A stretch of 64,000 nt of DNA from contig CBDDFZ010000001.1 of the NCBI GenBank assembly GCA_965227515.1, positions 2,400,001 to 2,464,000 on the forward strand. Direction: 5' to 3'. Both the position numbers and the translations under genes were made by a program. A model generated the notes under the pieces. The model saw only the letters and a program-made list of their open reading frames with translations. It had not been told where the DNA came from and did no database searches. Below are positions 55,988 to 64,000 of the stretch, one piece after another. This DNA is from Alphaproteobacteria bacterium. GTDB taxonomy: Bacteria > Pseudomonadota > Alphaproteobacteria > CALKHQ01. Position 1 is the stretch's first letter, and each line of letters begins with the position of its first letter.

Positions 55988-56349
55988 CGACTTGCCTCCG
56001 TTCAGCAAGTTGCCGAGCACCGAATTGCACGCTCTGCCAAGCCGGTGCGAAGCGCCGCCCCGGCGTGACATGCTCGGCAAGCAGTTACTTTGGATGGCAA
56101 GGCCATGGCCTTTTGGCCGGCCACGTGCCGCCGCTCGAAAACCGCCGATCCCCTTGCTGCCATAGGTGGCGTGGAAAGGTGGGGGAATCTTGCGGGCCGC
56201 GCGGCGAGGCGGGGCATTGTCGGGGCGATTTGGTGATGGGGTATCGCGCGCCGTGGCCGTTGAGGGGTCAGAAGGTGGCGCGCCGCCGGTTCACGTGAAA
56301 CAATCGTTCCGACGGCCCACGTCTGGTTGCATGGATTGGCGGTGCGGAC

Positions 56350-56868
56350 ATGCGGATTGCGGTATGCGGACTTGTTCTTGCGCTGATGAGCGCCTGCACG
56401 GCGGAGAGCGTTCTGCTCTCGGAGAGCGAACAGGCCGCGCCTGACGATACAGCGGTGCCTGACTATCAAGACGACCCCAGGCTGCAGCACCTGACGCCTG
56501 AGAAACGCGAGGAGTGCGGTTACGGGCTCTATGTTGTGGTCGACACGTACGTGTTCTTGTTTGATCTCGGTTTAGCCGAACTGACGCATGCTACGGGACA
56601 GGCCATTCATTTGTATTATTGTCACTTCATCATTCAACCGGAATCGAAGGTGCGTCTCGTAGGGCATTCGGACTCCGTTGGATCAGAACGGTCGAACATG
56701 ATCCTCAGTCAGCGCCGGGCGGAAGCAGTTCGCGACCGCATGATCGAATTGGGCATGCCGCCCGAGATCTTTAGGATTGAGGCGCGTGGCGAGAGCGACC
56801 TCGCCGTGCCGACTGGGGAGGGGGTCAGGAACCAAGCCAATCGCCGCGTTGTATTGAGTAACTGGTGA
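56350..56868 (+). CDS. OmpA-family peptidoglycan-binding lipoprotein
   Basis: Lipobox MSAC; GHSD..G....N..LSQRRAEAV, GE...NRRV. Confidence 0.85.
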   Translation: MRIAVCGLVLALMSACTAESVLLSESEQAAPDDTAVPDYQDDPRLQHLTPEKREECGYGLYVVVDTYVFLFDLGLAELTHATGQAIHLYYCHFIIQPESKVRLVGHSDSVGSERSNMILSQRRAEAVRDRMIELGMPPEIFRIEARGESDLAVPTGEGVRNQANRRVVLSNW

Positions 56869-56989
56869 GTTTTGAACCGCTCTCAGCACATGACGATTCA
56901 ACGAACCAGTCCAACCGGCGCGTGGTTGTGTTGTTCGATTAGGGTGTCGGGCATCAAGGCTGAATCAGGAAGATTATCCAGCCTGTCTT

Positions 56990-57093
56990 CGTCATTGCGA
57001 GGAGCGCCCGTACGGGCGCGACGCGGCAATCCAGAGCAAACTCTGACAGGTCACGATAGTCGCCTGGATTGCTTCGCTTCGCTCGCAATGACG
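56990..57093. repeat. CGTC-type palindromic element
   Basis: CGTCATTGCGAG...GCAATCCAG / CTGGATTGC...CTCGCAATGACG. Confidence 0.8.
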
Positions 57094-57146
57094 ACTAGAC
57101 GATTTGACCAACCGGTGCTGGTACTCCGTCCGATCCCTAGAGCCCG

Positions 57147-57485
57147 CTAGATCGCGAAGGACGACCCACACCCGCACGACGACGATGCGTTCGGGTTGTT
57201 GATCTTGAACGCCGCGCCGATCATCTCCGTGACGTAGTCGATCTCCGCGCCGTCCAGCAATTCCAGCGACATCTCGTCGACCACCACCTTCACGCCGCCA
57301 TGGCTGAACACGCGGTCGTCGCCGGTCACCTCGTCATCCAGGCTGAAGCCGTATTGGAAGCCGGAGCAGCCGCCGCCGTTCACCGCGATGCGCAGCATCA
57401 ACTCGCCATCGACAGCCTGCTCGCTGGCGATGATCTTGCCGATCTGTGCGGCAGCGCGATCCGTGATGTTCAGGTCGTTGCTCAT
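57147..57485 (-). CDS. erpA: Fe-S cluster insertion protein ErpA (HesB/IscA family)
   Basis: GGGCSGFQY, NPNASSSCGCGSSF; position upstream of dgt. Confidence 0.92.
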   Translation of the reverse strand: MSNDLNITDRAAAQIGKIIASEQAVDGELMLRIAVNGGGCSGFQYGFSLDDEVTGDDRVFSHGGVKVVVDEMSLELLDGAEIDYVTEMIGAAFKINNPNASSSCGCGSSFAI

Positions 57486-57600
57486 GACGCGGCTTTTGAC
57501 GCTCCCTGGCGGGCGGTTCGGCGGTAACGATACACCGGAAATATACCGGAATCCTTACATATTGGCAGCCGCCGTATTGTCAACACGCACGCGAGGCGAC

Positions 57601-58824
57601 ATGGTGCGCGCGATGAGAGCCCCCAGCCCCCAAGGCCAAACCGAGAGCTTCGGCGAGAGCCATTTGGCGCCGTTCGCCACCTTCGCCTCGCGCTCGCGCG
57701 GCCGGCTGCACGACGAGCCGCCGCCCAGCGAGCGCAGCGCGTTCCAGCGCGACCGGGACCGGGTGCTGCATTCCGGCGCGTTCCGGCGCATGAAGCACAA
57801 GACCCAGGTGTTCGTGTACCACGAGGGCGACTATTACCGCACCCGGCTGACCCACAGCCTGGAGGTGGCGCAGATCGGCCGCTCGGTGGCGCGCTCGCTG
57901 GGACTGAACGAGGACCTGACCGAGGCGCTGGCGCTGGCCCACGACCTGGGCCACACCCCGTTCGGCCACGCCGGCGAGCGGGCGCTGGACCGGGTGATGC
58001 GCGACTTCGGCGGCTTCGACCACAACGCCCAGACGCTACGCATCCTGACCCGGCTGGAATCGCGCTATGCCGCGTTCGATGGCCTGAACCTGACCTGGGA
58101 GATGCTGGAAGGCGTGGTCAAGCACAATGGCCCGGTCACCCAGGGGCGCGACGGCGGGCCGGTGCCGGTGGCGATCGTGGAATACCAGGCGCTGCAGGAC
58201 CTGGAGCTCGCCACCTGGCCGGGACCTGAGGCGCAGGTGGCCGCACTGTGTGACGACATCGCCTACAACAGCCACGACCTGGACGACGGGCTGCGCGCGG
58301 GCCTGTTCGACCTGGACGATCTGGGCGAGGTGCCTTGGGTGGGGGCCGTGATCGACGAGGTGCGCTCAGCCCATCCCGGACTGGAGCCGGTGCGCACCAC
58401 CCATGAGTGCGTGCGCCGGCTGATCGACATGATGGTCGCCGACCTGCTGGCCGAGACCCGCGGCCGGCTGGCGGCGGCGCGCCCGCGCTCGGTAGAGGAC
58501 GTGCGCGCCCACGACGGCGCACTGGTCGGCTTCTCAGAGGCGATGCGCATCCAGGACAAGCAGTTGAAGGCGTTCCTGTGGACGCGTATGTATCGCCACT
58601 ACCGCGTCAACCGCATGTCGGCCCAGGCCCGCCGGGTGGTGGAGGAGCTGTTTCACGCGCTGACCGCGGAGCCTGACATGCTGCCGCCCGAATGGTCGAA
58701 CGCCTGCATCGATGCGACCGAGGCCAAGCAGGCGCGCGTGGTGGCCGACTACATTGCCGGCATGACCGACAGGTTCGCGATGACCGAACATCGCCGCCTG
58801 TTCGACCTGTCGGTCATTCCCTGA
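57601..58824 (+). CDS. dgt: dGTP triphosphohydrolase
   Basis: FQRDRDR, RTRLTHSLEV, HDLGHTPFGH, DYIAGMTD. Confidence 0.95.
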   Translation: MVRAMRAPSPQGQTESFGESHLAPFATFASRSRGRLHDEPPPSERSAFQRDRDRVLHSGAFRRMKHKTQVFVYHEGDYYRTRLTHSLEVAQIGRSVARSLGLNEDLTEALALAHDLGHTPFGHAGERALDRVMRDFGGFDHNAQTLRILTRLESRYAAFDGLNLTWEMLEGVVKHNGPVTQGRDGGPVPVAIVEYQALQDLELATWPGPEAQVAALCDDIAYNSHDLDDGLRAGLFDLDDLGEVPWVGAVIDEVRSAHPGLEPVRTTHECVRRLIDMMVADLLAETRGRLAAARPRSVEDVRAHDGALVGFSEAMRIQDKQLKAFLWTRMYRHYRVNRMSAQARRVVEELFHALTAEPDMLPPEWSNACIDATEAKQARVVADYIAGMTDRFAMTEHRRLFDLSVIP

Positions 58825-58863
58825 TCTGCGTTCTCCAATAAGCGAAGCGACATACTGCCTGAA

Positions 58864-60615
58864 ATGAACATCTACACCCACATGCGCGACCGGGTGGTCG
58901 CGGCACTCGGCGCCATGGCCGATGCCGGCGAGCTGCCGGCGGGGCTCGACACATCCCGCGTCGGGGTCGAGCCGCCGCGCGAGGCCGCCCACGGCGATCT
59001 CGCCACCAACGCGGCCATGGTGCTGGCCAAGCCGGCGGGCAAGAAACCGCGCGACATCGCGGAGGGGCTGGCCGCCCGGCTGGGCGAGCTGGACGAGGTG
59101 GCGGCGATCGAGGTCGCCGGCCCCGGCTTCATCAATCTGCGCCTGACGCCCGATTTCGTGCGCGCCCGGGTGGTCGACGTGCTCACCGCCGGCGCCGACT
59201 ATGGCCGGTCGGACGTGGGCCAGGGCCGCGCGGTCAATGTGGAGTACGTGTCCGCCAATCCTACGGGGCCGCTGCACGCCGCCCATGGCCGTGGGGCGGT
59301 GATCGGCGATGCGCTGGCGTCGATCCTCGACTTCGCGGGCTTCGCGGTCACCCGCGAGTATTACATCAACGATGCCGGCGCCCAGGTCGACACGCTGGCT
59401 CAGTCGGCCTATCTGCGCTACCGCGAGGCCTGCGGCGAGGACATCGGCGAAATCCCGGCCGGCCTCTATCCCGGCGATTACATGGTCCCGGTCGGCGAGG
59501 CGCTGAAGGCGAAACACGGCGAGGCCCTTATGATGGCCGATGAGGCCGACTGGCTGCCGGAAGTGCGGGCCACGGCCATCGCCGCCATGGTGGAGCTGAT
59601 CCGCCGCGACCTGCGCCACCTCGGCATCGAGCACGACGTGTTCGCGTCGGAGCGGGAGCTGGTGGAGGACGGCGCCGTCGACCGCGCGTTCGCGGCACTC
59701 GACGGGGCTGGCCTCATCTACACCGGCGTGCTGGAGCCGCCGAAGGGCAAGCCGCCAGAGGACTGGGAGCCGCGGCCGCAGACCCTGTTCAAGGCCACCG
59801 AGTTCGGTGACGACACCGATCGGCCGCTGAAGAAGTCCGACGGGTCGTGGACCTATTTCGCGTCCGACATCGCCTATCACCTGGACAAGTACCAGCGCGG
59901 CGCGCGCGACCTGATCAACGTCTGGGGCGCCGACCATGGCGGCTACGTCAAGCGCATGACGGCGGCGGTGAACGCGATCACCGGCGGCGAGGCGACCCTC
60001 GACATCAAGCTCTGCGCCATGGTGCGCCTGCTCGACGGCGGCGAGCCGGTGCGCATGTCGAAACGGGCCGGCAATTTCGTGACCCTGGAGCAGGTGATCC
60101 AGGCGGTCGGGCGGGGTGCCGTGCGGTTCATGATGCTGACCCGACGCAACGACCAGCCGATGGACTTCGACTTCCAGAAGGTCCGCGACCAATCGCGCGA
60201 TAATCCGGTCTTCTACGTGCAGTACGCGCACGCCCGCATCTCGTCGGTGCTGCGCAATGCGGAGGCCGAGTTCGGGCACATCGATCTGGCCCCGGCAGCG
60301 CTGGCAGAGGCCGACCTGTCACCTTTGGATGACACCGACGAACTTTCTTTGATCTTGCGCTTGGCAAGCTGGCCGCGATTGGTGGAAGGTGCGGCCACAG
60401 CGCATGAGCCGCACCGAGTCGCCTTTTATCTCTATGACTTGGCGTCGGATTTTCATGCACTTTGGAATAAGGGGAAAGACGCCACGCACCTGCGATTTTT
60501 GGTGGAGGGCGACGATCGCAAGACCCGTGCGCGGCTTGCGATGGTTTCCGGGGTCCGCACGGTGTTGGCGCTTGGTCTGTCAATCATGGGGGTTGAGGCG
60601 CTGGAGGAAATGTAG
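58864..60615 (+). CDS. argS: Arginine--tRNA ligase
   Basis: [29 protein letters not shown]. Confidence 0.97.
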   Translation: MNIYTHMRDRVVAALGAMADAGELPAGLDTSRVGVEPPREAAHGDLATNAAMVLAKPAGKKPRDIAEGLAARLGELDEVAAIEVAGPGFINLRLTPDFVRARVVDVLTAGADYGRSDVGQGRAVNVEYVSANPTGPLHAAHGRGAVIGDALASILDFAGFAVTREYYINDAGAQVDTLAQSAYLRYREACGEDIGEIPAGLYPGDYMVPVGEALKAKHGEALMMADEADWLPEVRATAIAAMVELIRRDLRHLGIEHDVFASERELVEDGAVDRAFAALDGAGLIYTGVLEPPKGKPPEDWEPRPQTLFKATEFGDDTDRPLKKSDGSWTYFASDIAYHLDKYQRGARDLINVWGADHGGYVKRMTAAVNAITGGEATLDIKLCAMVRLLDGGEPVRMSKRAGNFVTLEQVIQAVGRGAVRFMMLTRRNDQPMDFDFQKVRDQSRDNPVFYVQYAHARISSVLRNAEAEFGHIDLAPAALAEADLSPLDDTDELSLILRLASWPRLVEGAATAHEPHRVAFYLYDLASDFHALWNKGKDATHLRFLVEGDDRKTRARLAMVSGVRTVLALGLSIMGVEALEEM

Positions 60616-60617
60616 CG

Positions 60618-61463
60618 GTGGCAGCAGTTGCAGACGATGGGCTTGGCGGAGCCAAACGTGCGGGCTCGGGCCCGGTCTATCGCGTCCTGACGTCGCTGAT
60701 CGCGGTGGCGAGCCTGGGCGGGTTCGGCTACCTGATCTATCAGTCGCTGGGCTCGGATGGGGCGGAGATCGCGGACGACGCGCCGGTGCCGGTCATCCAT
60801 GCCGCCACCACCGACTTCAAGGTCGTTCCCGACGACCCCGGCGGCATGGCGCCGCCGACCCCGGGCATCACCATATTCGACGACTTGATGGATACGCCGT
60901 TGCCGCGCGACGGCGAGGAAAGCCTGCTGCCGGCGCCGGAGCTGCCTATCGTCAATCCCACGCTGGACGATTTCGCCGAGCAGGAGGTCGACATCGTACC
61001 GCTGCCGGCCCCAGCGGTGACTGCGCCCGACGAGCCCCAGACCGATATCGCGGCCCTGATCGCGCAGAGCGAGCTTGCCGGTGGGCTGGTAGTGCCGCCG
61101 GTGCTCAGCCAGCCGTTGGCGCCGCTGCCGTCGCTCTCCGATGCCTCATTCACGCCGGCGTCCCAGGAGCCCGCCGCAGTTGAAGACGCAACGGCCAGCG
61201 ACGACCTGGTGCAGGCGCTCGGCCCACGGGTGCAACTCGGCGCGCTGCGCTCACAGGACGCGGCGATGTCTGAGTGGCAGCGCCTCAGCCGGGTGATGTC
61301 CGACCTGATCGGCCGCTACAACCCGGCGGTCCAGATCTCGGAGTTCGACGACCGCGGCGTGTTCTACCGCCTGCAGATCCCGGTCAACACTGCCGTCGAC
61401 GCCGCCGCCCTGTGCTCGATGATCAAGGACCGCGGCCACGAGTGCCTGGTGATCACGGATTGA
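60618..61463 (+). CDS. SPOR domain protein (FtsN-like)
   Basis: N-terminal TM, KVVPDDPGG, C-terminal VQLGALRS...YRL...C.....C. Confidence 0.85.
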   Translation: MAAVADDGLGGAKRAGSGPVYRVLTSLIAVASLGGFGYLIYQSLGSDGAEIADDAPVPVIHAATTDFKVVPDDPGGMAPPTPGITIFDDLMDTPLPRDGEESLLPAPELPIVNPTLDDFAEQEVDIVPLPAPAVTAPDEPQTDIAALIAQSELAGGLVVPPVLSQPLAPLPSLSDASFTPASQEPAAVEDATASDDLVQALGPRVQLGALRSQDAAMSEWQRLSRVMSDLIGRYNPAVQISEFDDRGVFYRLQIPVNTAVDAAALCSMIKDRGHECLVITD

Positions 61464-61481
61464 TCCGCGCCATTGCGGTTC

Positions 61482-61567
61482 GTAGCCCGGGTGGAACGAA
61501 GTGCAACCCGGGGATGTACCTTCAATTTCTGAAGTCCCCGGGTTTCGCTGCGCTCCACCCGGGCTAC
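61482..61567. repeat. GTAG REP doublet (86 bp)
   Basis: GTAGCCCGGGTGGAAC...GCTCCACCCGGGCTAC; 84/86 identical to 62551-62636. Confidence 0.9.
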
Positions 61568-61908
61568 GGTTGTTGTTTCGATTCTTGGTAAAGGTCTTCT
61601 AGTTTCTTTAAGCACCCAAGATAAATCAAGTTCTTGTCACCTTCGGAGCGAGCATTTTTGAAATATTGATCAATGTGCGACCAAACACATCGAACTACTT
61701 CATTCATAGGGCCGTCGTCATTGGATAGCCGAAAGTACTCCATGCGCAAGTCACTATTCTTAACAGCAAAGTCCGACCCAATCGTGAGTAGCATCCGGTT
61801 CTCGGCAGCTCCGGCATCCATCTCAGCTAACACACGGTTGGCGCGTGTTTGGGTCTTTGAGTGTCTCGTGGGCGTGCGAGTCTTTGGGTGTCGCTGGCGG
61901 TCTTTCAC
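61564..61908 (-). CDS. Low-GC hypothetical protein
   Basis: 114 aa; GAGAGG RBS before GTG; stop lies within the REP. Confidence 0.5.
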   Translation of the reverse strand: MKDRQRHPKTRTPTRHSKTQTRANRVLAEMDAGAAENRMLLTIGSDFAVKNSDLRMEYFRLSNDDGPMNEVVRCVWSHIDQYFKNARSEGDKNLIYLGCLKKLEDLYQESKQQP

Positions 61909-61952
61909 ATCTTGCCTCTCTCAAGCTTTTCTGCTGCAGCCACATTAAAGTA

Positions 61953-61983
61953 CCCGGATTGCGCTTCGCTCCATCCGGGCTAC
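61953..61983 (-). repeat. Single GTAG REP
   Basis: CCCGGATTGCGCTTCGCTCCATCCGGGCTAC. Confidence 0.8.
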
Positions 61984-62015
61984 GCTTGCTACATGAATTT
62001 TAGACATAGATCGAT

Positions 62016-62321
62016 CTATATTATCGGCTCAAAATAGGATGGAATTAAGAAACAGTTTGTCCCGATAAAGAAAAACACAATTGATAGGTTGGTCAAAATG
62101 GCCAGTCTTCGTTGAAAATAGTCTGTCGGTCGATACACGGGAGGGCACAGAAAAATGGACAGGAAAAAAACCTTCCAGTAGCTACCCCATGGCAATGTGG
62201 GTGAATTTCGGGCTCGAAAATATCGAATGGAAATTGCAAAAACAATCCCAGATATTGTTATGAATACAATGCCTATTGAAAAATAGACGCTATCGTCTAC
62301 AGATGATAGGAATGATATCAT
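62016..62321 (-). CDS. Low-GC small membrane protein
   Basis: 101 aa, Phe/Ile-rich with 2-3 hydrophobic segments; AT-rich DNA. Confidence 0.5.
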   Translation of the reverse strand: MISFLSSVDDSVYFSIGIVFITISGIVFAISIRYFRARNSPTLPWGSYWKVFFLSIFLCPPVYRPTDYFQRRLAILTNLSIVFFFIGTNCFLIPSYFEPII

Positions 62322-62550
62322 GACAATTTCCAAGATCGATCGCGGACTCTGACTGGTTGGAGACTTTGCATCATCTCTCGCGTAAACTCTCTTGTCCGGC
62401 CTGCAATAGCGGCGCGAGCAGAAGTTCGATCTCTTGCCGGGTGCCGGTCCCGGCCTCGGCCAGGACCAAAATGCCACGCGCCAGTGGAGCGGGCGCGTTG
62501 TCCAGGTGCAATTCGCTGCCCTTGATGGTGATGCGGACTTGGGAGCAATC

Positions 62551-62636
62551 GTAGCCCGGGTGGAACGAAGTGCAACCCGGGGATGTACCTTCAATAACTG
62601 AAGTCCCCGGGTTTCGCTGCGCTCCACCCGGGCTAC
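62551..62636. repeat. GTAG REP doublet (86 bp)
   Basis: Direct repeat of 61482-61567. Confidence 0.9.
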
Positions 62637-62652
62637 CCGTCCGTCGTGCTTT

Positions 62653-63006
62653 CTACCCGCCCTGCTGCTGGTTGAGCAGCACCTCGTAGAGCCTGAACAG
62701 CGCCTCGGCGTAGTTCATTTCCTGGTTCTCGGTGCAGACCTGGTGCGCCCAGGTGATCAGCATCGGGTTCTCGATCGGCCCGAAGTCGATCACCGGCTGG
62801 CCGGAGACCATGCGGTGCGCGTTGACGCCGCTGAGGAAGCCGAAGGTGTATTCGATCATGAACAGGCGGACGTCTTCCTCCGCCTCGAAGTTCTGGACGA
62901 TGTAGGCGCAGTCGTAGTCGGTATTGCGCATCACGATGATCGCCTGCGCCGAGGCGGCCGATACGCCGCTCACCGCCAATAGCGCACCCAATATCAATGA
63001 TCTCAT
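62653..63006 (-). CDS. Small secreted two-Cys helical protein (HdeA/Rap1a-like pattern)
   Basis: Signal peptide; C...GFLSGVN...W...C..N; GAGGGGG RBS. Confidence 0.7.
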   Translation of the reverse strand: MRSLILGALLAVSGVSAASAQAIIVMRNTDYDCAYIVQNFEAEEDVRLFMIEYTFGFLSGVNAHRMVSGQPVIDFGPIENPMLITWAHQVCTENQEMNYAEALFRLYEVLLNQQQGG

Positions 63007-63154
63007 GAAACAGTCCCCCTCGATTCAACGCCTGGACCGAATTCCGGCCCCTCCCTGGTTCAATTCGCCATACTGGCATTGGCCCAAGAGTGGTGCAAAC
63101 TGACCTGCTGATGGGCGTGGGTACGGCGCCGGGTACCGTGTTTGAGGAACAGGC

Positions 63155-64000
63155 ATGACGACGGACTCCAAGGCGGTGATCTTCGGCTGCGCCACGGCGG
63201 TGCTGAGCGAGGACGAACGGCGCTTCTATGGCGAGGTGCGGCCGGCCGGCTTCATCCTGTTCGCCCGCAACTGTGAGGCGCCCGACCAGGTCCGCAAGCT
63301 GGTCGATGACCTGCGCGCCTCCATCGACGATCCGGCGGCGCCCGTGCTGATCGACCAGGAGGGCGGCCGGGTGGCCCGCCTCCGCCCGCCGCATTGGCCG
63401 GCGCGCCCGGCGGCGGCCCGATTTGGTGAACTCTACGCGGCGGACGCGGCGCGCGGCCTGGAGGCGGCCGAACTCAGCGCGCGGCTGACCGCCATGGCGC
63501 TGGCCGACCTGGGCATCACCGTCAACTGCGCGCCGGTGCTGGACGTGGCGGTGGCCGATACTCACAAGGCCATCGGCGACCGCGCCTTCAGCCAGAACCC
63601 GATCGCGGTCACCCGGCTGGGCGGCGCGGTGCGGCAGGGCATTGCGCGCGCCGGCGTCGCACCAGTGATCAAGCATCTGCCGGGGCAGGGCCGGGCCAGC
63701 GTCGACAGCCATCTGGAGCTGCCGCGCATCGAGGCCTCGCTGGCCGACCTGGAGAGCCGCGACTTCCCGCCCCTGCGCGCCCATGCCGATGCCGACTGGG
63801 GCATCGTCGCCCACATCGTCTACATCGCCATCGACCCGGAGCGCGCGGCCTCGGTCTCGCCGACGGTGATCGCGGAGACGATCCGCGCCGAGCTTGGCTT
63901 CGAGGGCGTGCTGCTGTCCGACGACATCGGCATGGAGGCATTGCGCGGCACCCCGGCGGACCGTGCCGCGCGGGTGGTGGCCACCGGTTGCGACATCGCG
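63155..64000 (+). CDS. nagZ: Beta-N-acetylhexosaminidase, GH3 (runs off window end)
   Basis: Manual translation GFILFARN, IDQEGGRVARL, APVLD, KHLPGQG...DSH, SDD. Confidence 0.95.
   Translation, partial: MTTDSKAVIFGCATAVLSEDERRFYGEVRPAGFILFARNCEAPDQVRKLVDDLRASIDDPAAPVLIDQEGGRVARLRPPHWPARPAAARFGELYAADAARGLEAAELSARLTAMALADLGITVNCAPVLDVAVADTHKAIGDRAFSQNPIAVTRLGGAVRQGIARAGVAPVIKHLPGQGRASVDSHLELPRIEASLADLESRDFPPLRAHADADWGIVAHIVYIAIDPERAASVSPTVIAETIRAELGFEGVLLSDDIGMEALRGTPADRAARVVATGCDIA

Noticed and set aside
60300-60615. Lower-GC 3' end of argS
   Set aside because: Frame is intact with a normal anticodon-binding domain; no recombination boundary visible
61482-62636. CRISPR array or integron attC array
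   Set aside because: Only two full repeats about 1 kb apart, no cas or intI gene, and ends are GTAG/CTAC rather than RYYYAAC/GTTRRRY

Overview
High-GC alphaproteobacterial chromosome segment, Rhodospirillales-like by gene content and synteny. Core content: an NMT1/THI5-type ABC transporter split by a RelE/ParE toxin-antitoxin pair, a glycosyltransferase cluster, a P450, a second ParDE pair, aspartate aminotransferase, a VIT-vWA protein with a proteobacterial sortase, a ParD-like gene plus map, exoD, an ECF sigma/anti-sigma/DUF1800/DUF1501 operon, an orphan OmpR-type regulator, tRNA-Asp, complete nuoA-N, coaX-rnj-DUF1467-lolE-lolD, and xth...erpA-dgt-argS-SPOR...nagZ. Intergenic DNA holds six copies of a ~129-bp MITE (four ending exactly on TAG stop codons) and GTAG/CGTC REP doublets. 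The most unusual items are: (1) a duplicated module of a tiny Cys-loop lipopeptide gene plus a ~390-aa secreted Cys-containing protein between xth and erpA; (2) a REP-doublet-flanked low-GC cassette between SPOR and nagZ; (3) a candidate ~130-nt sRNA with promoter, operator palindrome and terminator where proS usually lies; (4) a perfect 30-bp palindrome before the ParD-like/map pair; (5) a sortase substrate with a non-canonical sorting motif. No CRISPR array, prophage, integrase or transposase was seen. All family calls come from motif recognition; no database searches were run.
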